NCBI RefSeq assembly: GCF_000142905.1
Contig: NW_013657616.1
Coordinates: 124,001 to 188,000 of the forward strand
Direction: 5' to 3'
Source: Thecamonas trahens ATCC 50062
Taxonomy: Eukaryota > Protista > Apusomonadida
DNA: 64,000 bases
Part shown: one piece after another, positions 47,936 through 59,506 of the stretch
How positions within the stretch are numbered: the first letter of the stretch is position 1
How the letters are laid out: every line of letters begins with the position of its first letter
Position numbers and translations under genes: made by a program
Notes under the pieces: generated by a model
Databases searched by the model: none
What the model was told of the DNA's origin: nothing
What the model saw: only the letters and a program-made list of their open reading frames with translations

Positions 47936-49069
47936 ATGGGTATGGGCATGTTTGCTTGTGTGTGTATGGTGGTTGTCTGGCTTGTGTGCGTATGCCTCCC
48001 CGTGGACGGGTTTTGGGGAGAGGGACACATGCTGGTGGCGACGGTGGCCGAGTTGAGCATGACGGGAGATACGCTGAGCAAGGCACAGGGAGTGGTGGGA
48101 GGAGCATCGGCATTGTTTGACAAGACACCATCGTTTGTGGCATCATCTGTTTGGATGGATGAAATCAAGGGCTCAAGCAAGGCCTTTCATGAATGGCACT
48201 ACATCACGTTGCCGTACAATCCGAGCTCGTTTGAACCGGTGCCGGCGACACCGGTGCCGAATGCGGTGACGGCTCTGGCGGATGCTCTTGCTACTCTGAG
48301 CAAGGCATCAGCAGATCGTTGGACGCTTGCCTTTGCTATGAGAGTCCTTACTCATATCGTCGGTGATTTGCATCAGCCTTGTCACTGCTGCTCGCTCTTC
48401 TCGGCTACTTTCCCCGATGGCGATCGTGGCGGCAACTCGTTCTCGGTGCAGTACGATGGCAAGACGACCAATCTGCACTCGCTCTTTGACTCGGTCTTTT
48501 ACTCGTACGACACGTCGTACTCGCTTCCGCTCTCAGAGGCTGACCTCAAGACGCTCGAGGGCAAGGCGCAGGAGCTCATCGAGACCTGGCAGCCGACGCT
48601 GACCATCAACGAGCTCGACGAGCTCGATCCTGCCGTCTGGGCGCCTGTCTGCCACGACAACGCCGTCAAGTACGCGTACCTCAACGGGTCGATTGTGCCC
48701 GGTGACGAGTACCCGGAAGCGGCGGCCAAGAACGCGGTCGACTTTTTGCACCGCAACATTGTGCTAGGCGGGATGCGGCTTGCGCGGATCCTCGACCAGA
48801 AGATGGCCATGCACAGCCTGCCGCCGCCACCGCCGCCACCGTCGCCGCCGCCGCCGTCGCCGGCGCTTCCACCGCCACCGCCGTCGCCCATCGCGCCGGT
48901 CCCACCGCCCCCCAAGGCCTCCACTGTCTCGGTCGCCTTGTTCTCTGTCGGCGTCATCGCTGCGCTTATCTTTGGCGTTGTCGGCGGCATCCTCGGCTTT
49001 GTCACCATCTCCGCCCGTCGGGCCGCCTACGCGCAGCTCTCCGACGCCACGCCGTTGACGGCCACCTGA
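47936..49069 (+). CDS. S1/P1 nuclease (3'-nucleotidase/nuclease type), signal peptide, Pro-rich stalk, C-terminal TM
   Basis: FWGEGHM, WMDEIK, WHYI, HIVGDLHQP.H, DRGGN, NLHSLFDS. Confidence 0.92.
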   Translation: MGMGMFACVCMVVVWLVCVCLPVDGFWGEGHMLVATVAELSMTGDTLSKAQGVVGGASALFDKTPSFVASSVWMDEIKGSSKAFHEWHYITLPYNPSSFEPVPATPVPNAVTALADALATLSKASADRWTLAFAMRVLTHIVGDLHQPCHCCSLFSATFPDGDRGGNSFSVQYDGKTTNLHSLFDSVFYSYDTSYSLPLSEADLKTLEGKAQELIETWQPTLTINELDELDPAVWAPVCHDNAVKYAYLNGSIVPGDEYPEAAAKNAVDFLHRNIVLGGMRLARILDQKMAMHSLPPPPPPPSPPPPSPALPPPPPSPIAPVPPPPKASTVSVALFSVGVIAALIFGVVGGILGFVTISARRAAYAQLSDATPLTAT

Positions 49070-49203
49070 TGGGTAAAAGCGGACCAGTTTGGTAGGATCG
49101 GGTGTGATGACGATGGTGATGGGGGAGGCGGGAGATCGGGGGTGACTGTGGTTTTGGCGAACGTGTCGCACATACACTCACGTGACTTTACCAACCATCA
49201 GCA

Positions 49204-51340
49204 ATGCAGGTTGTGCTTGTTGTTATGGTTGCGCTTTGCGCCATTGCCAGTGCCACAGCTGTGCACAAGACGCCCATGGCTCCGCCCGAGCAGGTACGTT
49301 TGATGTCAGCGGTATTGGTGGTGGTGGTGGTGGTGGTGGTGGTGGTGGTGGTGGTGGTGGTGGTGGTGGTGGTTGGTTGGGCACTTTGGGAGCATGCAAA
49401 CAAATTGCTGTCTTCCGCATATGCGACTCTTGGTGGTGGTGGTGGTGGTGTAGGGTGGTGGTGGCATGGTCTTGGTGGCTCTTGGTGGGGGTGTGTAGCG
49501 GTAGAGGTTGGGGGGGGCTAGGGGGATTGTTCGTGGGGAACGATTATTTGAATGATGATTAATTGGTGGCAATGATGTTGACGATGACTTATTGATGATG
49601 CGGAACGAAATTGTGAACGATGATTAATCGATGGCGGCGGGGGGGGGGGACGATTATGTGAACGATGATTAATCGATGGCGGCGGCGGGGGGGGGGGACG
49701 ATTATGTGAACGATGTTTGCGGGACGGCGACGCGGGACGGGCTAACAGTACTACGTTGAGCTCGAGGTGACGATGCCGACGTTCCCGATCGCCAAGGAGA
49801 AGATCGAGATCTGGTATGACGGCAAGAGCGGCAACGAGTACGTGTCGTACGACGACGACCTCGACGCCAACGTGTTCATCACCCAGGACGGCCACCAGCG
49901 TGCGTACCAGATCTCGCCGCAGGGCACTTCTGCCGACGACGTCAAGTACACGTGCATCACGTCGGGCATCAACCTCTCGCCGTTCATGTTCTCGGCCTTC
50001 CCGTACCAGCTGGAGAAGTTTGCGTACAAGCGGACCGAGTCGCTGGGAGGTGTGTCGGCTGACGTCTTTGTCTTTAACGACCCGCCGGCCGGCTTCCCCG
50101 ACGCCATCAACAACATGACGTACTGGGCCGACGCGTCAACTGGCGCGCCGCTCAAGTACGAGGTCATGGGCTACTACGGCCAGGCCGAGAACTACCTCAA
50201 CGGGCCCAACTACGACTACTTTGTGACGACGTTCTCCAACTACAAGCCCAACTACGTCAACGCGTCCAAGTTTGCCCTCCCCAAGATCTGCGCCGCCGAC
50301 TCGGTCGTCGTCTCGCCGTCAGTCGCCTCGCCGCGCATGGTCGCCTCGCGCTTCCACCTCGCTGCCGTCGACTCGCACGACATGCTTGTCGAGTACAAGG
50401 CCGCGGCCGGGCGGTCGTACGCGCACGACTCTGAGGAGCATGTGGCGCGCAAGGCCTCGTTTGCGCGCAACCTCGCGCAGATCCACCTCCTCAACAACGA
50501 GCACAACACGGCGCGGTTCGGGCTCGGCAACTTTGGCGACTACCACGCCGACGAGCTCAAGGCGCTCCGCATGCCGGCGACCAAGCGCGGCACGCTCGAC
50601 GCCGACGCCATTGTGTACAAGCCCAAGACCAAGTCCATCGCCGAGCTGCCCAAGGCCGTCGACTGGCGGACCAAGGGCGCGGTTGGCCCGCTCAAGGAGC
50701 AGGGCCTTGTGGGCACTTGCTGGTCGTTCGGCTCGGCCGAGGCCCTCGCCACGGCGTTCTTCCTCAAGCACGGCCTGCAGGACGGCAAGTTTGTGCAGTT
50801 CTCGGAGCAGGCTCTCATCGACTGCTCGTGGGCGTACGGCAACCAGGGCGTGAACGGCGGAACTGCCAAGGGTGCGTACAAGTACGTCGAGGCCGCCGGC
50901 GGCCTGCCGACCGAGGACGACTACCCGTACCTCATGAACGACGGCATCTGCCACAACAAGGGCCCGTGGAACCTCACCATGTCGCACCACGAGGACATCA
51001 CGCCGTTTGACCTCCACGCCACCCTCGACGCCGTCGCCAACCACGGCGGCCTCGCCATTGCCGTCGACACCACCCCGGCCGTGTGGACCTGGTACCACTC
51101 GGGCGTCGTCTCGGTCAAGGGCTGCAACCCGGTCTCGCTCGATCACGAGATCATGCTCGTCGGCTACGAGATCCAGGACGACCCGCTCAACCCGGTCTTC
51201 ATCGTCCGCAACTCGTGGTCCCGCGAATGGGCACCTACACCGCCAACGCCCGCAACGCCGACGGCGGTGGCTACATGTACATCACCCACGACTCGCACTG
51301 CGGCGTCACCACCTCGGCCGTCCTGCCGTTTGTCAACTAA
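49204..51340 (+). CDS. Papain-family (C1A) cysteine protease with an N-terminal ependymin-like domain and I29 propeptide (26/29-kDa proteinase/CfaD type); exons 49204-49293 and 49749-51340; frameshift ~51230
   Basis: LPKAVDWR, QGLVGTCWSF, FSEQALIDC, DHEIMLVGY, VRNSW..WG; donor GTACGT at 49294, GCTAACAG acceptor at 49748. Confidence 0.92.
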
Positions 51341-51368
51341 GCTGTAAATGACCGCATCTTTTGTGTTG

Positions 51369-52187
51369 TCACTGTGCCGACGGCCGCAGCGGTGCGGCCG
51401 CGAGGGGCGAGGCCGCGAGTGGCGACGACGGCTCGGACGGCACGACGAGGTCGTCGGGTGGGAAGCGCCAGTCGAGGCTGCGGAAAGCCATCTGGACGCG
51501 GGTGCCGACGCCGCGGAGCGAGAGGCCCGGCACATGCGGCTGCGCATGCAGCATCGCCGCCAAAGACGCCACCTCGGCGCCGTTGATGCTAAAGGTGACA
51601 ACCGTGTCGCCGTCGCCGTCGTCGACGCCGCGGGCGAGGCGGACGCCGATGACATCGCCTGCCGTCAGCGGAAGGTCGACAGCCTCGGGCAGTCGGGTGA
51701 ACACCCCGCTGTCGACCAGGTGTCCCGTCGAGAGGAGGCCGAGGCCGGCGTTGGGCGCGCCGACCGAGGTCTTCCACGGCGCGCTCTGCGGGACAACGCC
51801 GAGGCACACGCCGCCGTCCGGCGGCAGCGTCAAGATGAGCGCCTCAAAGTACTCGATCGGCGCCAAAGCACGCTCGGCCAAGCCCGCATCAGCGCCGGCA
51901 CAGCTTTCGGCTCCGCCCGTCTCGCCGCCAGCTACACTGGCCGAGCCTTTGAGCAGGCGATGGCGGCCGACGGTCTTTCGCGTTGCGCAGAGCGAGTTGC
52001 AGGTGACATCAAAGTCACCAGCTACATCGTCGGCCAGCAGCGAGCACGGGTCATCGCCGCAGACGGCTGCCCGAGCCGAAAATAGCAGTTCCGCGACGGC
52101 CGAGGGCGAGGCGGCAGTGGCTTCGGGCGGAGTGCGTATTGCAACAGTGTGTTCCGGAGACTGTGACAACGCACACATTCTTGGCAT
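51369..52187 (-). CDS. SPRY-like domain protein
   Basis: YFEA..., VCLGVV, GDVIGV, VTFSING. Confidence 0.6.
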   Translation of the reverse strand: MPRMCALSQSPEHTVAIRTPPEATAASPSAVAELLFSARAAVCGDDPCSLLADDVAGDFDVTCNSLCATRKTVGRHRLLKGSASVAGGETGGAESCAGADAGLAERALAPIEYFEALILTLPPDGGVCLGVVPQSAPWKTSVGAPNAGLGLLSTGHLVDSGVFTRLPEAVDLPLTAGDVIGVRLARGVDDGDGDTVVTFSINGAEVASLAAMLHAQPHVPGLSLRGVGTRVQMAFRSLDWRFPPDDLVVPSEPSSPLAASPLAAAPLRPSAQ

Positions 52188-52319
52188 GGTTAGATAGCTG
52201 AGAGTGTGAGCTCTCGACCGAGGTGAGAGTTGAGGTTGGGAGAAGAGAGTGCGAGGAGAGCGGGTGAGTTGAGTGTGGCCCGAGTCCGTTGGCGTGGTTT
52301 GCGGTGTGTTCATGACTGG

Positions 52320-53157
52320 TTATTGAAGGGTGATGGTGATGGTGATGGTGATGGTGATGGTGATGGTGATGGTGATGGTTATTGATGGTGATGGTGATGG
52401 TGATGGTGATGGTGATGGTGATGGTGATGGTTATTGATGGTGATGGTGATGGTGATGGTTATCGATGGTGATGGTGATGGTGATGGTGATGGTGGTGGTG
52501 GTGATGGTGATGGTGATGGTGATGGTGATGGTGATGGTGATGGTGATGGTGGTGGTGGTGATGGTGATGGTGATGGTGATGGTGATGGTTATTGATGGTG
52601 ATGGTGATGGTGATGGTGATGGTTATTGATGGTGATGGTGATGGTGATGGTGATGGTTATTGATGGTGATGGTGATGGTGATGGTGATGGTGATGGTGAT
52701 GGTGATGGTGATGGTGATGGTTATTGATGGTGATGGTGGTGGTGATGNNNNNNNNNNNNNNNNNNNNNNNNNNNNNNNNNNNNNNNNNNNNNNNNNNNNN
52801 NNNNNNNNNNNNNNNNNNNNNNNNNNNNNNNNNNNNNNNNNNNNNNNGTGATGGTTATTGATGGTGATGGTGATGGTGATGGTGATGGTGATGGTGATGG
52901 TGATGGTTATTGATGGTGATGGTGATGGTGATGGTGATGGTGATGGTTATTGCTGGTGATGGTGATGGTGATGGTGATGGTTATTGATGGTGATGGTGAT
53001 GGTGATGGTTATTGATGGTGATGGTGATGGTGATGGTGATGGTGATGGTGATGGTGATGGTGATGGTGATGGTGATGGTGATGGTGATGGTGATGGTGAT
53101 GGTGATGGTTATTGATGGTGATGGTGATGGTTATTGATGGTGATGGTCATTGATGGC
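52320..53157. repeat. (GATGGT)n satellite with GATGGTTATT interruptions, spanning an assembly gap
   Basis: Directly visible. Confidence 0.97.
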
Positions 53158-53490
53158 TAGCCATGATCATCATGGGAATAGCTGGGCGTGGGTATCGTTG
53201 TCGCCAGCACTGTCCCCATCCCACAGTCTCTCATACTTTTTCATATCCATCTCTTCTCCGTCGCTGTTTCAATCAAATCGCTGCACCGCTCTTCCTTCTA
53301 TTCGCGTGCGCGGATGAGGCGGCGACGGTGGCGGCGACGACGGCAGCCACTGCTTTTGTTTTTCAGCCACCTGATCAAAACCCGTCACTGCTGCCCCACT
53401 ACACACGCCATCAACACTCGCCACACAACCAACAACAAGTTAGCTACTCGCCAGCCGCCTGGTACAACACGCATCACATCTCAAGCAAGG

Positions 53491-54069
53491 ATGTTTGACG
53501 CAATCACCCGCATGTTCAGCTCTTTTAAGCTCAAGATCGGCAAGCTGTTCAACACGTCGTGGGGCGTTCGCAACGCGCGCATCACCATGATCGGCCTCGA
53601 TGCCGCCGGAAAGTCAACCATGCTGTACAAGCTCCGGCTCGGCGAGATCGTGTCAACCATCCCGACCATTGGCTTTAACGTGGAGACCATCGAGTTCAAG
53701 GGCGTCTGCTTCAACTGCTGGGACGTCGGAGGTCAGGACAAGATCCGCCGCCTCTGGCGGCACTACTTCAGCGGGCTTGACGGTCTCATCTTCGTCATTG
53801 ACGCCAACGACCGCGATCGGCTCTCCGAGGCCCGCGATGAGCTCAACAGCGTGCTCGCTGCGCCCGAGCTCGCAGGCGTCCCGCTCCTTGTCATGGCCAA
53901 CAAGATGGATCTGCCGTACGCGCTGTCCGTCCGCGACATCACCGACGCGCTTGGCCTCGTCGGTGAGAGCCGCGCCTGGCACATTCAGGGCACATCTTGC
54001 CTCTCCGGCGATGGCCTGTACGAGGGCCTCGACTGGCTCCGCACTGCCCCCTTCGGCGTTGTCTCTTGA
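53491..54069 (+). CDS. ADP-ribosylation factor family GTPase (Arf1-like)
   Basis: [38 protein letters not shown]. Confidence 0.95.
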   Translation: MFDAITRMFSSFKLKIGKLFNTSWGVRNARITMIGLDAAGKSTMLYKLRLGEIVSTIPTIGFNVETIEFKGVCFNCWDVGGQDKIRRLWRHYFSGLDGLIFVIDANDRDRLSEARDELNSVLAAPELAGVPLLVMANKMDLPYALSVRDITDALGLVGESRAWHIQGTSCLSGDGLYEGLDWLRTAPFGVVS

Positions 54070-54624
54070 GGCATCTGGAGCGCCCACTGCATCAACGGCC
54101 GCCTCCTTTCTCCGCCCCATCTCCTTCATCAAACACACACCGCACATCATCAAACACACTCTGCGCACACACATGAGCTTGCTAACCACCAGCTACTTTC
54201 TGGCTCCTCTTTGCCCCTCCCCTCACTGCGATCGCTTCATCCCATCCGCCTACCGCGCCGCACGCCACCCCCCCTACCCAGCCGCCCCACCACCGATCAC
54301 TCCAACCGATCACCCCAGCCAATGCCCACCACCCTTCCCTGACCCCAATCCNNNNNNNNNNNNNNNNNNNNNNNNNNNNNNNNNNNNNNNNNNNNNNNNN
54401 NNNNNNNNNNNNNNNNNNNNNNNNNNNNNNNNNNNNNNNNNNNNNNNNNNNNNNNNNNNNNNNNNNNNNNNNNNNNNNNNNNNNNNNNNNNNNNNNNNNN
54501 NNNNNNNNNNNNNNNNNNNNNNNNNNNNNNNNNNNNNNNNNNNNCAGACCCGGTCAGTCCTCCTGAGTCAGCGACAGGACCGCGACGGCGACGGCGACAC
54601 CTCACGGTCTTTGCCGAGTGAGGG

Positions 54625-57600
54625 ATGCAGAGCACCAAAGCGACACCAGCATACGCAGCATTACGACGTGAGCTCCTTCGACGACAAGGCAAGACACCGA
54701 CACCGCATGGCCTTCGGTCAGCCTCTCGCCTGCCCATCCCTCCACCCGACTTTCGACCTATGGACCATACCCGTTTGAGGGACCAGATAGCCGAGCGGAG
54801 ACGGCGGCATGCCGAGCTGATGGCCGATGACCATGACCATGACCATGACCATGACCATGACCATGACCATGACCATGACCATGACCATGACCATGACCAT
54901 GGCAATGACCATGATCATGGCAATGATCATGATCATGGTGATGGCGATGGCGATAGTGCTGTTGCTGCTACTGCTGGGGTGAGTCTGCTCGACGATCTGC
55001 TGGCGAGTGCAAGGAGCTCGACAGCCGGTGCGGGGAATGGCTCCGGTGGCGTGGTGGCGAGTTGGCGGAAGGGCAAGACGACGGTGGTGGTGTCGGAGAT
55101 GGCGAGTGATGCGAGCGATGATGATGATGACGATGATGATGGTGATGGCTTCATTGCCGGTGTCCACGGCGATTGGCATGCACTTCGCATTCATCCTCCG
55201 CTCGACTTGGTCGTCGCTCGTCAGGAGGCTCCCTCGCCGCGCCGTCGCATCCATCCTATTGTGGGACCGGGTTCCCACCGCTTGCGCAGCGGTGGGACGC
55301 CGCTGACGAGCAAGCTGGTCGCCGGTGGAGCTGGCTCTGGTCGCGCGCGTCTCAAGCTCCCTTTCGGCCTCGACCGCGGCGGAGGCGCGATGGCCGATGC
55401 ACGCCGTGGGCGGCCGACCGACAGGCTCCGGGCCCGGCGTCGGATGCAGAGGGCGTCCAAGGGAGCACAACCGGGGAAGAGGGCCAGGTGCACGGGCAGA
55501 GAGAGGACGAGGCCGAAGTGAGAGTCCTCGCCGACGAGCTCGGCGACGTCAATGCTGTCCTCGCCGAGAATGGAATCAAGACCACGCTGGCTGACATTGA
55601 GGCCGAGGTCCTGTCGGCGCCGCGATCAAGGACTCGCCACCGGCCGCGGGTCCGCCCGCTCAACTACACCACTCTTGGACTCGACGGTGCGGGCCGGGCC
55701 GGGAGCGGGAGCGGCCACCCGTCGGTGTCGTCGTCAAAGCTCATCACCGACGTCAGCCGCCTGCTGGAGATGGAGGACGAGGGCGAGGTCGAGACGTTCC
55801 GGACGTCGATGGCGCATGCGCGGTACTCGCGATCCAAGCGCGGACGGTTCTTGCCGGGCGAGACGCGGCCAGACGTGGCCCGGTCCGCGCGGAGCGGGCG
55901 GGCGGTCGAGTCGGGCTGGGGCGTGCAGGAGCGGAAGCGGAGGCGGCGGCGACGGATGACGGCAGACGGGCGGCAGCGGCGGCGGCGGCGGACAACAAGC
56001 CATAGCCTTGGCCCGGACTCGCTCTCAGGCTCGAGCTCGTCGCACGAGCAGCTGGAGGCCGAGGCCATGCATGCCATCGACCTCATGACGTATATCAACT
56101 CGAGCGAAAAGATCCACCAGCTCAAGCGGGCGTTCAAGGGTGGACTCGAGCTCGAGGAGTTTATCCGAGCCATGGTTGCATTTGTGCCCGAGAGCGACGA
56201 GCGCGCCGATGAGGAGCTCGTCTCGCAAATGACCGAGCTCTTCCGCGAGATCGACGTCAACGGCGACGGTGAGCTCTCGTGGCCCGAGTTTGTGGGCTTT
56301 ATCCTCGACGCCGGGCTTGTCTCGGACTCTGCGTACCGAAGCGAGCGCGCGCACTCGTACCAGCCGTCGGCGACAGCGATAGATAGAGTGGCGCGGAGCA
56401 AGGCGGTGACGCGGATCAAGACCTTCGACACACTTCCGAACCGGGTGGTGGTCATCTCGGCGCACTCGTTTGTGGGCATTCACGACGCGTACTCGCTCAA
56501 GCTGTTGAACAACCTCAGCGGGCACCGTGGGTGCGCGCTGGACGCGGTCTATGCGCCCGAGTACCGCTACCTCATCACCTCGGGCACTGACTGTGCGCTG
56601 CTTTTCTGGGATGCACACCACAAGCTCCAGCGGAGGATTCACACCTCGCACCCGCAGCACGCGCTGGCGTGGATCGGCAAGTCGCGGACGCTATGGAGCG
56701 GCGGCTCAACCGGGCGGGTACATGCGTGGGACTTTGAGAGCGGGCAGCACAAGTTCTCGTACGATGGCTACGGGCGCGGTCACGTGCTCGCCAACGATGC
56801 GGCCGTCCTTGCGTTGCAGGCCATTCCACGGCGCGGCGTGGTGGTCGCCGGCGCGCTCGACGGCTCGATTTTGGCGTGGGACCTCATCGGGCACACGGCG
56901 AGCCCCGCATGCGTCATCTCGACCCGCGAGGGCATGAACTACCGGCAACTCGAGCCGACGCAGCACGCATCGGGAGTGACGGACCTCGACTACTCGGACG
57001 AGTACTCGTTCCTGCTCTCGGCTGGATGCGACCGCGAGGCCTTTGTGTGGAACCCGTTTGTCCAACGCGGCTTTGTCGGCGTGCTCAAAGGCCACAAGGC
57101 ACCACTGGTCGGCATCAAGGTCATGGGCTCGTCTCCCGAGGTGGTCACTGCCGACGAAGCCGGGGTGGTCAAGATCTGGGACATCCGCACCCTCCGCCCA
57201 CTTCAGTCGTACACCATGTCGCTCGAGGCTGCGACGGCGACCCAGGCACCGATCTCGGCCCTTGCCACCGTCGCCTCGTACGACCGCATCCTTGTCGGTG
57301 CCGACAAAGTCTTTGCGCTCGACGCGCAGCGGAGCACGCACCCGGAGCTTGCGCACTCGGGACCGGTTGTCGGCGTCCTCTTCAACGAGGTCTTCCTCTC
57401 GTTTGTGACCATGGCCGGGCGCGGCATCCGTGTGTGGAGCGCGGTGACGGGCCGGCTCGAGCGGTCGCACCCGGAGCTGATGCCGGCTGAGATCACGTGC
57501 GGCGGTCTTGACGACCGCCAGCGCAAGCTCATTCTCGGTGACTGCACGGGCGCCGTCAAGGTCTTTACCTACGCCACGGGCCACTTTATGAAGGACCTCG

Positions 57601-59474
57601 ATGCGCACGGCGCCGAGGTGGCGGCGCTGCAGTACTCGTGCGGCGGGGCGGCGAGCATGAGCCCGAAGCGGCAGGTGGTGACGGCGGCGCTGGACGGGCA
57701 GCTCTGGCTGCAGAACGAAGAGTCACAGGAGCGCGGGTTCAAGCTCCCACGGTCGATGACGGCGCCGCCGCTGCCGCTGGCCGCCCGTACCCGCGAGCGG
57801 AGCCTGCACCGCATCCACTGCATGGACGTCTCATCGGCGTTTGGCCGCTGGGGCCATGTCGTGGCCGGCTGTGGTGATGGCTCGCTACGGGTGTGGGATC
57901 TGTACACCTTTGCCCTCCTCTCGGCTGAGGACGGGATGCAGACGCCGGCCGAGGCGGTGGCGGCGCGGCTGACGACGAGCCCGACATCACCGCTTGGCCT
58001 CCGCGGGTCGCCGAGCGGAAACTCGGCCCGTAGCAGCTCGCCCGAGGAGCGCGCCAGCGCGAGTGACTCGCCGGTCCACATCACGGGCGTAGTGTGGGTC
58101 GGCACGCTCCCGCTTGTCATGGCGGCCGACTCGCTCGGCTCACTCGCGCTGTGGGGCACGCGGGCACCATTCAAGTTCCGTTGCGTGGCGCGGTGGACTA
58201 ATGAGATGGCCGGCTCGATCGAGCCGCCAGTTGTCACCACTCTCACCTACGCCGGCACGCTGGCGTACTCGGAGCGAGTGCGTGAGGAGGTGAAGCAGCG
58301 GCGGACCGGCGGCGACGGAAGTGGCGGCGCTGACGGCAGCGGCGGCGCTGGTGGCGGCTTCTCAGAGTCTGATTCGAACTATGACGTCGAGTACGAGTCC
58401 GAGTACGAATCGGACGGCGAGAGCAAGGTGGTGACCAAGTACGTTCTGGTCCGCAAGCACCACATGCTCAAGCATGTGGCGGTGACCGGCGACGACAAGG
58501 GCGTGGTCAAGTTGTGGAAGCTCGACGCGCTGGTGCGGACGTCGACGCTGGCGAGTCCAGCGCGTGATGCGTCGGATGTGCTTGGCTACTCGCTCGACGG
58601 CATCTCGCTATCGGGCAAGGCCGAGGTGGTGCGGTCTTGGGTGGCGCACCGGCAGGAGGTGACCTCGATCGTGGTTGTCCGCGCCACCTCGCCGCCCTCG
58701 CTCTGCACCGCCTCGCTCGACGGGGCTGTCAAAGTCTGGTCGCTCACTGGCCACCTCCTCGGCGAGTTCCACCAGGGCCACGTCCGCACCGGCGCATCCG
58801 AATGGCGACTGGCCATCGACCATGCGGTGCGGGCGGCCGAGCAGGCGGCCGAGGCCAAGCTGCTGCTGGCCAAGTTTGAGCGACGGAATGGAGCGCTGCA
58901 GCGTGAGGCGGCTGAAGCCGAAGCCGTTGAGGTCGAGCCCGAGGTCGACGATATGGAGAAGAATTCGGCCGGTGGCAAGGCCAGGGCTGAGACCAATGGT
59001 GATGGACGAGACGACAACGAGGGCGATTCAGAGCTCTCGTGGCTCGAAGTTGCGTCACAGGCGTCGATGGCGATGATCACGCCGCCGTCGACACCGTCGT
59101 CGTCGGAGGACGACTCGGACGGCGAGGTGTACGTCGAGCCGACGGCGATATACCGGGCTGTGGCGCTCGAGGACGATGGCTCGTTGTCCGGAAGCAGCGA
59201 CGACGACGAGGCGCTGGCCAAGGTCAAGCAGCTGATGCAGCGCAAGTTCATCGACTCGGCCTCGGTCTCGTCCGAGACGTTGGCCGGCGTCAAAGGCGCA
59301 CGGGCAGCGATTCTCCGACAGGGCACCAGACGGCGGCTCTCAATCTACGACGCCAACACCCGCGGGCCTGCCGCAGCACTGGCACTGGCGGCATCCGAGT
59401 CTATGGCGGGGCCAAAGGTTGTCACGCCGTACTACAACCGGACGCGGCGGGACTCTGCGCCGCGGCGGCGGTGA
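54625..59474 (+). CDS. EF-hand + WD40 repeat protein (WDR49/WDR64/EFCAB8-like); frameshift ~55475
   Basis: LF.EIDVNGDGELSWPEF; LKGH.AP, VKIWDIR, AEITC..LDDRQRKLILGD..G.VKVF....G. Confidence 0.8.
54829..54940. repeat. (GACCAT)n coding repeat (Asp-His)
   Basis: 12 perfect units plus a degenerate tail. Confidence 0.9.
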
Positions 59475-59506
59475 TGCGGCAGAGGGAGGATGATGTGTAT
59501 TTGGTG

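Noticed and set aside
46222-48146. 523-aa and 631-aa minus-strand ORFs
   Set aside because: Shadows of the thioredoxin-PDZ and S1/P1 genes, with no recognisable motifs
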